Of a DNA stretch of 64,000 nt, positions 12,952 to 24,616 are shown in pieces. The position numbers and the translations under genes are program-made. Numbering within the stretch: the first letter of the stretch is position 1; every line of letters begins with the position of its first letter. Source of the stretch: Squalus acanthias (taxonomy: Eukaryota); contig CM059433.1 in the NCBI GenBank assembly GCA_030390025.1, forward strand, positions 31,622,001 to 31,686,000. The letters are read 5' to 3'. The notes under the pieces were generated by a model. That model was not told the origin of the DNA, ran no database searches, and saw nothing but the letters and a program-made list of their open reading frames with translations.

Positions 12952-14421
12952 CTACCCTATCTCCCTATCTATGCCCCTCATAATTTTGTACACCTCAATC
13001 AGGTCCCCCCTCAGCCTTCTCTGCTCTAAGGGAAACAACCCCAGCCTGTCCAGTCTCTCTTCATAGCTGAAGCGTTGCAGCCCATGTAACATCCTGGTGA
13101 ATCTTCTCTGCATCCTCTCCAATGAAATCACTTCCTTCCTATAGTGTGGCGACCAGAACTGCACACAGTATTCCAGCTGTGGCCTAACTATCGTTTTGTA
13201 CAGCTCCATCCTAACCTCCCTGCTCTTATATTCTATGCCTCGGCTAATGAAGGCAAGTATCCCATATGCCTTTTTAACCACCTTATCTACCTGTCCTGCT
13301 GCCTTCAGGGATCTATGTACATGCACACCAAGGTCCCTCTGATCCTCTGTCCTTCCTAGGGTCCTACCATTCATTGTGTATTCCCTTGCCTTGTTAGTCC
13401 TCCCAAAATGCATCACCTCACACTTTTCAGGGTTAAATTCCATTTGCCACTGTTCTGCCCATCTGACCGACCCGTCTATATCGTCCTGTAGCCTGAGGCT
13501 TCCCTCCTCGCTATTTACCTCCCCACCTATTTTCGTGTCATCTGCGAACTTTCTGATCATACCTCCTACATTCATATCTAAATCATTAATGGACACTACA
13601 AACAGCAAAGGACCCAGCACCAATCCCTGCGGTACACCACTGGACACAGGCTTCCAGTCACAAAAACAACCTTCGACCATCACCCTCTGCCTCCTGCCAC
13701 AAAGCCAATTTTGGATCCAATGTGCCAAGTTGCCCTGGATCCCATGGGCTCTTACCTTCTTGACCAGTCTCCCATGTGGGACTTTGTCAAAAGCCTTACT
13801 GAAGTCCATGTAGACCACATCAACTGCACTACCCTCATCCACACACCTAGTCACCCCCTCGAAAAATTCAATCAAATTGGTCAGACATGAGCTCCTCCTG
13901 ACAAAGCCATGCTGACTATCCTTGATTAATCCTTGCCTCTCCAAGTGGAGACTAATTCTGTCCCTCAGAATTTTTTCATATAATTTCTCTACCTCTGATG
14001 TTAGGCTCACTGGTCTGTAATTCCCTGGTTTATCCCTACTACCCTTCTTGAATAATGGTACTACGTTAGCTGTCCTCCAGTCCTCTGGCACCTCCCCTGT
14101 GGCCAGAGAGGTTCTGAAAATTTGTGTCAGAGCCCCTGCAATCTCCTCCCTTGCCTCACACAGCAGGCTGGGATACATCTCGTCTGGGCCTGGGGAGTCA
14201 TCCACTTTTAAGCCCGCTAAAACTGCTAGTACCTCCTCTCTCTCAATACTAATTTGTTCAAGTATATCACAATCCCCCTGCCTGATTTCTATGCCTACAT
14301 CGTCCTGCTCTACATACAGATTGCCACTTTGGTCCCTAATGGGCCCTACTCTTTCCCTGGTTATCCTCTTGCCCTTAATATACTTATAAAACACCTTGGG
14401 ATTTTCCTTTATTTTGCCCAC
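12952..14421 (-). pseudogene. CR1 ORF2 reverse transcriptase segment
   Basis: NYRPVSLTS, YMDFSKAFDKV, GVPQG.VLGP, FADDTK, RPQLEYCVQFWSP. Confidence 0.9.
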
Positions 14422-15584
14422 CAGTGTTTTTTCATGCCCCCTCTTCGCTCTCCTAATTTATTTTTTAAGTACCCCCCTGCACTTTCTATACTCCTCTAGG
14501 GCTTCCACTGTTTTTAGTTCTTTGTATCTGCCAAAACCCTCCTTTTTTTCCTAATCCATTCTCGTATATCCCTTGACATCCAGGGTTCCCTGGGCTTGTT
14601 GGTCCCACCCTTGACCTTTACGGGAACATGTTGCCGTTGTACTCTCTCTATTTCCTTTCTGAAAGACTCCCACTGCTCTGATATGTATTTTCCTACAAGT
14701 AGCTGATCCCAGTCCACTTTGGCCAGATCCTGCCATATCATATTAAAATCAGCCTTCCCCCAATTTAGAACCTTTATTTCTGGTCCATCTTTGTCTTTTT
14801 CCCATGACTACCTTAAATCTCACCGAATTATGGTCACTGTCACCAAAATGCTCTCCTACTAACACTTCTACCACTTGCCCGGCTGCATTCCCTAGAATTA
14901 GGTCCAGTACCGCCCCCTCTCTTGTAGGACTTTCTACATGCTGGCTCAAAAAGCTCTCCTGGATGCACTTTAAGAATTCCGCACCCTCTAAGCCTTTCAC
15001 ACCCTGACTATCCCAGTTAATATTGGGGAAGTTGAAATCCCCTACTATTATTACCTTATTATTTCTACACTTCTCTGAGATTTGCCTACATATCTGTTAC
15101 TCTATCTCCCCCTGACTGTTTGGGGGCCTATAATACACTCCCAGCAAAGTGCTTGCCCCCTTTTTGTTTTTAAGTTCTACCCATATGGCCTCATTAGAGG
15201 AACCTGCCAAGATATCCTCCCTCCTTACAGCAGTAATTGACTCCTTCATTAATATTGCGACACCCCCTCCTCTTTTACACCCCCCTCTGTCTCGCCTGAA
15301 GATTCTATACCCCGTAATATTGAGCTGCCAGTCCTGCCCCTCCCTCAACCATGTCTCTGTGATAGCAACAATATCATACTCCCATGTGTTCATCAAAACC
15401 TTCAATTCATCGGCCTTACTCGCAAGACTCCTTGCATTAAAATAAATGCCATCCAGCCTTGCCATACTCCCTTGTGCTGTTACATATTTGCTCTGCCTTC
15501 CAGGCTGACTTGTTTTTTCCTCTATATTTGGCTGTGCATCACCCCCTACTATAGCTCCACTCTGTATCCCATCCCCCTGCCAAG

Positions 15585-16532
15585 TTAGTTTAAACCCCCC
15601 CAAACAGTACTAGCAAATCTCCCCGCAAGGATGTTGGTCCCGTTCCGGTTCAGGTGCAACCTGTCCGACTTGTACAGGTCCCACCTTCCCCAGAAGCAGA
15701 CCCAGTAATCCAGAAAACTAAAGCCCTCCTTCCTGCACCAGCTCTTTAGCCACGCATTCATCTGCTCTATCCTTCTATTCCTATACTCACTAGCACGTAC
15801 CGGGAGTAATCCAGAGATTACAACCTTTGAGGTCCTGCTTTTTAATCTGCTACCTAGCTCCCTAAATTCTTGTTGCAGGACCTCATCCCTCTTTCTACCC
15901 ATGTCGTTGGTACCAATGTGTACCACGACCTCTGACTGTTCGCCCTCCACCTTCAGAATGCCCTGCAGCCGTTCAGTGACATCCTTGACCCTGACACCAG
16001 GGAGGCAACATACCATCCTGGAGTCACGTCTGCGGCCACAGAAACGTCTATCTGTTCCCCTTACGATAGAATCCCCTGTCAATATTGCTCTCCCACTCTT
16101 TTTCCTCCCCTCCTGTGTAGCTGAGCCACTCGTAGTGCCACAGACTTGGCTCTTGCTGCATTCCCCTGAGAAACCATCTCCCCCATCAGTATCCAAAATG
16201 GAAAATCTGTCAGAGAGGGAGATGGACCCAGGGGACTCCTGCACTCCCTTCCTAGTTCTTTTACCCTGTCTGGCAGTCACCCATTCCCTGTCTGCCTGTG
16301 CACTCTTTACCTGCGGTGTGACCACCTTGTTAAACGTGCTATCCACGAAGATCTCAGCCTTGCGGATGCTCCTCAGTGACTGCAGCCGCAGCTCCAGCTC
16401 TGAAACGCAGATTTCAAGTAGCTGCAGCTGGAGACACTTCCTGCACATGTGTTCGCCCTGGCCACCTAAAGTGTCCCTGACTTCCAACATAGCACAGGAG
16501 GAGCAATCCACGCTGCCAAGCTGCCCTGCCAT
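15585..16532 (-). CDS. CR1 ORF1 protein: Cys/His zinc finger, leucine zipper and SGNH esterase; open frame
   Basis: CSSC..HMCRKC, LQLLEICVSELELRLQSL, GDSIVRG, HIGTND, DRLHLN; 315 aa uninterrupted. Confidence 0.85.
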   Translation of the reverse strand: MAGQLGSVDCSSCAMLEVRDTLGGQGEHMCRKCLQLQLLEICVSELELRLQSLRSIRKAEIFVDSTFNKVVTPQVKSAQADREWVTARQGKRTRKGVQESPGSISLSDRFSILDTDGGDGFSGECSKSQVCGTTSGSATQEGRKKSGRAILTGDSIVRGTDRRFCGRRRDSRMVCCLPGVRVKDVTERLQGILKVEGEQSEVVVHIGTNDMGRKRDEVLQQEFRELGSRLKSRTSKVVISGLLPVRASEYRNRRIEQMNAWLKSWCRKEGFSFLDYWVCFWGRWDLYKSDRLHLNRNGTNILAGRFASTVWGGLN

Positions 16533-19146
16533 GTCCTACACTTAATTTACTCCCTTTAAATTAAAGATATTTAATTACACTTGGGATCTTACTTCCCTTT
16601 AAACACTACTTACTCTAAACTAGAGACCTTACTTTTACTTTAATGACTGGAATGTAGAAATACTGTAGAAATACTGACCACTGGTTCTCTGTCCCCTCTT
16701 GTGCAGCTTTTTAGCTCCTGCTCTCCTGGAAGCTGACAAAGATGGAAAAAGAAAGGAACACCTCCCTCCCCGAACTCCCTCACTCACAAGACTCACAGCT
16801 TAACACTCTGTTCCAAACTGCACTCCATGACAAACTGCACTCTAAGTTCCTCATTCTCGCCACACCCTTGCTTTTCTCGTATTTCTGGGAGGTTTTTTGT
16901 GTCTTCCTCCGTGAAGACAGAAACAAAGTATTTATTTAATTTCTCTGCCATTTCCTCATTCCCCATTATAAATTCTCCCGTCTCTGACTGTAAAGGACCT
17001 ACATTTACCTTCGCCAGTCTTTTCCTTTTCACATACCTATAGAAGCTTTTACTATCCATTTTTATATTTTTCGCTAGTTTGTGCTCATATTTCATTTTCC
17101 CTTTCTTTATCAATTTCTTGGTCCCCCTTTGCTGATTTCTAAAAATATCCCAATCCTCAGGGTTACTGCTTTTTCTGGCAACTTTATAAGCTTCCTCCTT
17201 AGACTTAATACTAGCTTTAATTTCTTTTGTTAGCCATGGTTGGATCACTTTTCCTTTTGGGTTTGTATGCCCTAGAGGAATATATGTTTGTTGCAAATTA
17301 TGCCTTATTTGCTTGAATGTTAGCCATTGTATGTCCACCTTCATACCTTTTAGTGTAGTCTCCCAATCTACCATGGCCAACTTGTCCCTCATACCCTTGT
17401 AGTTTCCTCTGTTTAGATTGAAGACCTTAGTTTCAGATTGGACTACATCATTCTCAAACTTAATGTAAAATTCAATCATATTATGGTCACTTGTCCCTAA
17501 AGGCCCCTTTACCACAAGATTATTGATTAGCTGTTCTTCCTAAATGTTGAGTACCCTGGAACATTCAGTTCCCAGCTTTGGATACCCTGCAACCATGTCT
17601 CTGTAATGGCAATTACATCATACCCATTTACTTCTATTTGTGCCATTAATTCATCCACCTTGTTGCGAATGCTACGTGCATTTAGATAAAGTGCCTTCAA
17701 CTTTGCCTGTTGAATATTTTTCTGCACTTTGACCCTCTTTACTGTTGGCCTTTGTTTCTACTCCCTACTAGTTTTGCTGGCTACTTTTCTAACTTGCACT
17801 TCCAGCTTTGTTTCTCTCCTTTCTGGGCCCACACTTAGTTTCCCAGCCCCCTGACAAACTAGTTTAAATCTTCCCAACAGCACGAGCAAACCCCCCAGCT
17901 TGTACAGGTCCCACCTTCCCCAGAATTGGTCCCAATGCCTCAGGAATTTAAATCCCTCTCTCCTACACCATCTCTCCAGCCACGCATTCATCTGGTCTAT
18001 TCTCCTATTTCTGCTCTCGCTAGCAAGTGGCACTGGGAGTAATCCTGCGATTACTACCTTTGAGGTCCAGCTTTTTAATTTATTTCCTAGATGAGGTAGA
18101 AGATCAGCCATGATCTTATTGAATGGCGGAGCAGGCTCGAGGGGCCAGATGGCCTACTCCTGCTTCTATTTCTTATGTTCTTATGTTCTATTAGCTTTAC
18201 TTGCTCAAATGGTTATTGTCAACCTGACCTGTGAAGCTGCTTTGGTCAAATTGAGGAATCCTGGGCTCGATTTTAATAGCCTTGAGGAGGCGGGTTTGGA
18301 GGCGGGTCAACTGCGAAAATTGGAAAAAATGGCTTCAGACACCCAACCTGCCTCTATCCTGCCCCCACCAGATTTTTGTGAGTATCTGTTTAGCTGCTTC
18401 CAAACTGACCCGACTCCAACCGGTGGGACAGGTAGTTAAGGCAGTTATGAGCCTGTTAACTGCCTTGATAATCCTATTTTGATAGAGGTTTCCCATTGTC
18501 GTGCCTCTGGTTCCTGCTTCCCATCTTGTCAGAAACAGTCCAGCTGTAAGGAGACGAGTTGGTGGAGGACATGATCTGTAGTCATTATTGGTGCAGACCT
18601 TTAAAAGCGCTCCTGTAACATGGCTGGCATTCAAATGCAACAACTTTGTTGTTGGAGGTTTGGGATAAGATTTTGTAAATCTACTGACCTTGTGATTGGT
18701 CAAGCTGACACCCATCTGCTGTGTGAACTGATTGGAATAATTTTGGGCCACTTTGAGTGTGCGCTTGGAAGCTTCTTGCCTCAGCTGAAATCTATAACAA
18801 CGGGATTGGAACCATTTACATCCTCTCATCCTGGTCGTCAGATTCAGAGGAAGAGCAGCGCGGCTTAGTGCTGCCAGATGAACAAGTGGCTCAGCACACA
18901 GTCTCCTTGGAGGAAGATGAAGAGGACAAGGAGGAGGATGAGGAGGAGATGGGGGTGATGCCTTGCGGGGCCGATTTGGCCAATCCAGCAGCAGGCGACC
19001 ACATTGATGGCCATAAGACAAGGGATGCACACAGCCATGCCAGATTCGCGTAAGCTAATGCTTCAACCACAGGTGGCTGGCATATGGAGATGAATATAAG
19101 TCCGACATTCTCAAAACCCCAGGCATCATCAGTCCAATAAAAGGTG

Positions 19147-19352
19147 AGAAGTCGCTCAACACCAGGTTATAGTCCAACAGCTTTATTTGAAATCACAAGC
19201 TTTCGGAGCGCTGCTCCTTCGTCAGGTGACGAAGGAGCAGCGCTCTGAAAGCTTGTGATTTCAAATAAAGCTGTTGGACTATAACCTGGTGTTGTTTGAC
19301 TTCTCACATTTGTCCATCCCAGTCCAACACCGGCATCTCCACATCATGGCTA
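19147..19352. mobile_element. Fold-back Penelope terminal fragment
   Basis: 12-bp TSD caataaaaggtg (19135-19146 and 19353-19364); inverted arms ~19144-19224 and 19227-19307; same family as 6279-6410. Confidence 0.85.
19193..19229 (-). ncRNA. Minimal type I hammerhead ribozyme motif, core intact
   Basis: tcac-CTGACGA-a-ggagc/agc/gctcc-GAAA-gc-TT-gtga. Confidence 0.8.
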
Positions 19353-19454
19353 CAATAAAAGGTGGTTTGCGCTCAGTGTCACCATCATCATTCTACATGG
19401 AAATCGCCCTGAGCCCTCACTCTTGAACTTCCATTTCCCAGAACACAGAATCCA

Positions 19455-19715
19455 CACTTTAGGTGATCTCAGCAGATCATTAAACTTTTTTTGACACTGA
19501 ACCCATGTGCGTCTGCAGGCAGACCTCGAGCTCACCTCCTCAGCAATTTGCAGCCAAGCTGCCTTGGTTTGCTGAGGAGCCCTCCTCCTTCCGTTTCCAG
19601 GGAAGAGGAGCTCCTGACGTCCTCCAACTCCCTCAACAAGAGCATGGAGAGAGCCCTCATGGAACCTGGGTGCAACCTTAGTTATTGGGGCTGCCGTTCC
19701 TGCAACAGCCAGCAC
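19455..19715 (-). pseudogene. Myb/SANT-like DNA-binding protein of Harbinger (NAIF1/MSANTD-like)
   Basis: APRFHEGSLHALVEGV..RQELLFP..AAWLQIAEEVSSRS..RRTWVQCQKKFNDL. Confidence 0.8.
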
Positions 19716-21014
19716 CTTTAAGAGAAAAAAGCATTAATTTTACTAAGTAAATGATTGGAATACATCTGGCATCTTTTTCATTTCATAGTCAGATAATAAA
19801 GTCATATATCAAAAAATCATGAATCTCTTTCTGGAATAATATGACCAGCAATATCGTTCATTAAATGTTGCTCAGAACAGACGCTGTCAACTCCCCTTTC
19901 AAGGTAATAAAGCACCAAGCCATCCCAATGACATTTTTTGCAAAGGGGACGTGACCCCTTTAAACTTTCAAACAAACAACGCGTCATCAGACGCGAGAAA
20001 CTGACATCCTCCAAGCAATTGCCTGGAGGGACCCGCACGTCGGCCGTAACGAGGTCAATCAATCCAAAATCGGAAGTGCTGGGAGGTGGCAGCCGGGTGC
20101 GGGTCCGAAAGCTGCCGAGCAGCGGGCCCGCCCTTAACCCGCCTCCGTTAATAAAATCGAGCCCCCTATCTATGTTGGCTTCAAGGAAACTGAGATTATC
20201 TACTAAATTTAGCTCACAAATGAATCAGATGTTAATGAATTAAGCTGTTGAGTCAATTGAAAATTTCAAAACTGAGATTGATAGATTTTTGGTAGGCAAG
20301 GGTATTAAGCGTCACTGAACCAAGGCGGGCAAAGGCCACGGAGTGGGACTAATTGGATAGCTCTTCCAAAGAGTCAGCACAGGCTTGATGGGCCGAATGG
20401 CCTCCTTCTGTGCTGTACCATTCTATGATTCTAAGTTAAGATACAGATCAGCCATGATCTAATTGAATGGTGTAACAGACTCGAGGGACTGAATGGCCTA
20501 CTCCTGTTCCTATGTTTTCTGAAGTTCTTCAGCTGGACCATGAACTGAAGGCTGGATTCTGACTTGTCAGTAGTTAGTCAATGAGAGTAATAAAAGTAAA
20601 ACATCTCTGTGAAAGATGCCAGTTGTCACTTTAAATTCTCTTCTGGGATGATATGAGGTGAAAACCGATCTCCTTGGGTGTAAGTTTAACTTATATTGGC
20701 GGGCGGCAAACGTGATAACGAGTGTGCCACCCATTTTACATCTCGCCTGATTTTCTTTCCCGTTAGTAACATAGGAATTACCAGATGAAAAAGTCCCAAG
20801 GTCCACCTCGTTCCCCTTCTACCATCCTGGTTGTCACATGACACAATAATGGAGTTGTTGACAACAGCAATCAATCTCTCAATTAGTCTACAACAGACCC
20901 AGACATGAGGTGAGGAAAACTCCTGTGGTGGAGAGCTTTAGGAACCATAGGTCCAAAGTCACCTGTTCCTTCCAAGCATGTTATCACGTCATGTCTCAAT
21001 TGTTCATATACTAT

Positions 21015-21729
21015 GACCCGTAATTTGCGGTTGTAATGGCAGCAAAACTGTCAGTGTTTGCCGTCATTACAACTGTGAAACTGACAGCAACTTCTGGCGT
21101 CCGCACGTGCGCAGTTAAACGCACAAATCCAGAAGTTGATGTCAGTTATTCCCTGCTCCTCCATAGGCTGCGCTGTTGAACTCCCCACAGCCGGCAATCA
21201 ATTGACATCACTGAACAGATGAGAACTTAAGCTTTTATGCTCTAATATTGCTGTTAAAAACCCTCAAAAAGTGAAGCCATGTTCAATGAGGTGTAACTGG
21301 ATTTTTAACAGTGTACTGAGTCATAACTACTGCTGAACAACCGTTCTGGCCCTGAAAAACTAATTTTATATTTGTGAAATGTCAAATTTTTCCATTATGA
21401 TAATATGACTTTTTTTTAAAGTTTGTTTATGATAGTTCAGCTTCTAACGTAATCCCATGTGTATGTCCCAATCTTTATTTCGCTCTCTGTAAAATGATTT
21501 AAAAAGTGAAGGATAATCAGTGCATTTTACTTCCTGGTTTACTGTCTGTGAGAATTCTTCAATGTGATTGGCTGCTTAGCCAGCTTGATGACATCACTGT
21601 TGCTGGGCACTGGAGATCCCCTAGACTTGGTGCCAGAATCAAATTATTATCATTAGATTTTCGTGGGCAGCTTTCTTCGAGGTCAGCGGTGAGCGCCATC
21701 ACTTCACTGCTGACCGCAAAATCTGGGCC
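21015..21729. mobile_element. Older non-autonomous TIR element (Harbinger-type)
   Basis: Imperfect TIRs GACCCGTAATTTGCGG / CCGCAAAATCTGGGCC; flanks tat/gat. Confidence 0.6.
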
Positions 21730-22275
21730 GATATCCCAGAATCTTATTTTCTGAAAGAAATCTATCTAATTTGTATTTGAATGAATCAATACTAACTTCT
21801 TCCACCTTCTCCCTAATGAGCCTGTTCTGTAGATTGATCAATCACTCAGTGAAATAGTATTCCGCAGATTAGTTTCGAATTTACCCCCTCCAACCATATC
21901 CTCTGATTCCACTGTTCTGGACAAGGTGAAATAGCTTGCTAGGGTCTACATTATCCGGTCCTTTTCCATAGACAAGGGAAAAGAAAATTGGGGGAGGTGT
22001 AAAAATGGCTGCCGATTCATGATCATCCATTTTTTACCCGGTGATAAAAATTAAAATATCCCCCCATAACTAGTAATATGATACGCTGTCTGTTTTCACC
22101 ACATTTTAGTGACATGAGTAGCTCAAAATGAAGAACGGTATTTTATTGATCAAACACATCAGGGCAGTTACTGATTTATTGGTTCTGCGAATAAAAGAAA
22201 GTGAACACAATGCATATCTGGTGCAGACAGAAACCCACCTATTCTTCCAGCAGAGTGGAGCTGTTTAGGGACCAT

Positions 22276-23187
22276 GGGGGAGAAATTCAGTATCGCCCCA
22301 TTTGGGGCGCAATTATCGGCCGGGCGCAAAAATTATCGGCCGGGCGCAAAGATTAGCGCCTGGCACTAATTATCGCCACCGACTGCAAACTTGACTTTTA
22401 TCGCCCCTGGAGGTGATTGGAGCGCTAAATCAGGCGCTTCATACCTGCCTTAAGGCGCAAAGGCCGAGGAGCGAGGCGCTACCTCAGAGCGCTGGCGAAG
22501 CTCATGTAATGTCAGTCAGCAATGGAACACACACACAATGGCACAGGCCAGGTCTTAAAGGGGATGGTTAATCTCACTTTCCATCCACATCCTGCTAATT
22601 GCAGCCTTGAATCTCGGCCTGGAGAGACCTGCACATCAAATCTGCTGGAAAGAACAATGGAGAGTACCAGGCAAAGAGCTCAGAGTGCAGCCCCCACAGT
22701 CTCTTCTAAATCGATACAAGGAATGGCAAATCAAAATGAACCTGCAAAGTGCTGCTCAGTACCCAAAACTCCTTCACACAACGTTGAAACTCTCCAGAAG
22801 TCTCTCTCTCTCTCTCTCAGAATGCGTAGTTCAAAAATGGCACCAACAATAAAAGGCAGGAAGTGGTCACCTTTAAATAGCACTCCCCCTTTCCCTTCAT
22901 GACTGCAGAACGCTCCACTCAAACTGTCGTTGCTAGCATCAGGCGGTAATGCAGGGGGCGCCACTCAATATCCGCTCCGGGGCGATACCGGGGCGTTGCG
23001 CACTCGACTGACGTCACGATCTGCTGGCGCAGGAGATCGTGGCGGTAGTGTTTAGCGCCGCCGCAAAATGTCTAGTTAATTTCGCGAGCGGCGCAAACTT
23101 CGCCGCGCCTGGGCGCTAGATGCTTTGCGCCCCATTAGCGCCCTCTTAAGGCGCTAACGGAGGCGCAACCAACTGAATTTTTCCCCC
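22276..23187 (+). mobile_element. Harbinger-type MITE, copy 2
   Basis: Same TIRs, TSD CAT; private 20-bp tandem duplication aattatcggccgggcgcaaa at 22311-22350. Confidence 0.9.
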
Positions 23188-23190
23188 CAT

Positions 23191-23420
23191 ATTCCCTTGC
23201 AGAACCTTTCCATCCTGGGCTTTTTCAGCAATTGACAGGAGATTGATGCCCCTGTAGTTGTCATTAAGCAGAGATTTCCTTTATTTTGGCAGCGGTACAA
23301 TGTTCTTTGTTCTCCATTGCTTGGGTGCCTTATTGGTTTCAATGATGTGCTGGCCCATGTTTGTTGAATGAGATCCCAGCTATTTTTCGGGACTTGAGCT
23401 GTTGCTGCACAGTCACGTCC
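23191..23420 (-). mobile_element. Degraded RTE-like LINE RT fragment
   Basis: Minus strand reads DNYRGINLLSIAEK, matching the RTE NYRGISLLS motif. Confidence 0.5.
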
Positions 23421-23809
23421 TACTGTATTGCCATGTTTTACCTGCCCGAAGGCTTTCTTTCGTTCAACTGGTGTTACCAGCCTGATATTGATGGACAGAT
23501 TTTCAGTGGTGGGTTTAAAGTGGAAGGCCTTTGTATGGGATTCGGTTACACACAGAAGTATACATTCCAAAACCTATTCAACGTGAGCATTGATCTATTA
23601 AATCAACCTTGGTTTATTTTTTTGCCAGTAAGTATTTGAAAAACATGCAACAAGTAAGAATCTTGTCGCAAGGTACAGGAAAATACACCAACATCTAGCC
23701 CCCAATATCTTTCAGAAATGAGCTGGAAATATCACTGTAGAGTCGATTTAAATGAGTTTGATCTCAAGGATATTTTCCAGAAACATGTTGTAACATGACC
23801 ATGGTGCAC

Positions 23810-24500
23810 TATCCCTCTTCATCCTTCTCGACCTGTCTGCAGCCTTTGACACAGATAACCACACCATTCTCTTGCCTTCACCTGCTTCCATTCTTACCTA
23901 TCCAGTTATAGCCAGAGAATCTCTTGCAATGGCTTCTCTTCCCACTCCCGCGCCATTACCTCTAGAGTCTCCCAAGGATCTATCCTTGGCTCCCTCCTAT
24001 TTCTCCTCTACATACTGCCCGTTGGCACTATCATCCAAAGACACAACATTCAGGTTCCGCAGGTATGCTGACGACACCCAGCTCTACCTCACCATCAGCA
24101 CTCTTGACCCCTCCACTGCCTCTGTGTTTTCAGCTTGCTTGTCTGACATCCAGTCCTGGATGAGCCGAAATTTTCTCCAATTAAACATTGGGAAGACAGA
24201 AGCCATTATCTTCAGCTCTTGCCACAAACTCCGTTCCAATTCTGGCCTCCGCTCTGCCATTGGAGGCTGTGCCTTCAGCTGTCTAGGCCCTACGTTCTTG
24301 CATTGTCTCTTTAAATTTCTCCGCCTCTCTACCCTAATTTAAGAAGTTCCTTAAAACCTACCTCTGACTAAGCTTTTGGTTACCTGTCCTTATGCCTCCT
24401 TCTTTGGCTCCATGTCAAATTCTGTTGGATAATGCTCCTGTGAAGTGTCTTGGGACGTTTTAATACATTAACGGTGATATATAAATGCAAGTTGTTGTAA
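23810..24500 (+). mobile_element. L2 LINE, internally deleted
   Basis: LLDLSAAFDT, YADDTQLYL, MSRNFLQLNIGKTEAIIF and tail tatataaatgcaagttgttg. Confidence 0.85.
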
Positions 24501-24616
24501 GATACACAATCGGTGTTACAAGTAGTAGTGCAGCTCAATTTGACTCATGCTTTATATCATTCAAGGCGAAAAAGAAAAACTGTGGGGTTTCATTCTGAAG
24601 CCTACAATATTAAGCA

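Larger units (their letters stand above)
11746..16842 (-). mobile_element. Near full-length CR1 LINE B (5'UTR, ORF1, APE endonuclease, RT, 3' tail)
   Basis: ORF1 15585-16532; EN 15097-15500 (YFNARSL..ITETWL..GVYYRPP); RT 12952-14421 (FADDTK); the tagagtcatag tail is interrupted by MITE copy 1; ORF2 is frameshifted. Confidence 0.9.
10085..18090 (-). mobile_element. CR1 LINE A (outer element, split by CR1 B at ~11746-16842)
   Basis: RT C-terminus 10198-11109 and RT 11132-11745. The sequence resumes collinearly at ~16843 (ORF 16793-17515), followed by endonuclease 17527-17727 (YLNARSIRNK..ITETWL) and ORF1 esterase remnant 17758-18090. Confidence 0.85.
18263..20164. mobile_element. Internally deleted PIF/Harbinger transposon with convergent transposase (+) and Myb/SANT (-) remnants
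   Basis: Perfect 13-bp TIRs GGGCTCGATTTTA / TAAAATCGAGCCC, TSD CCT. Acidic transposase-like C-terminus at 18880-19053 (EEDEEDKEEDEEE..RDAHSHARFA*); Myb/SANT-like ORF 19350-19715. Confidence 0.85.

Noticed and set aside
13144..16545. Long plus-strand ORFs opposite the CR1 ORFs (similar ones occur opposite Gypsy pol)
   Set aside because: Antisense shadows of retroelement coding sequence with no domain signal.
19350..19715. Host NAIF1/MSANTD gene (also at 53129)
   Set aside because: Lies inside a TIR/TSD-bounded element with downstream deletions.
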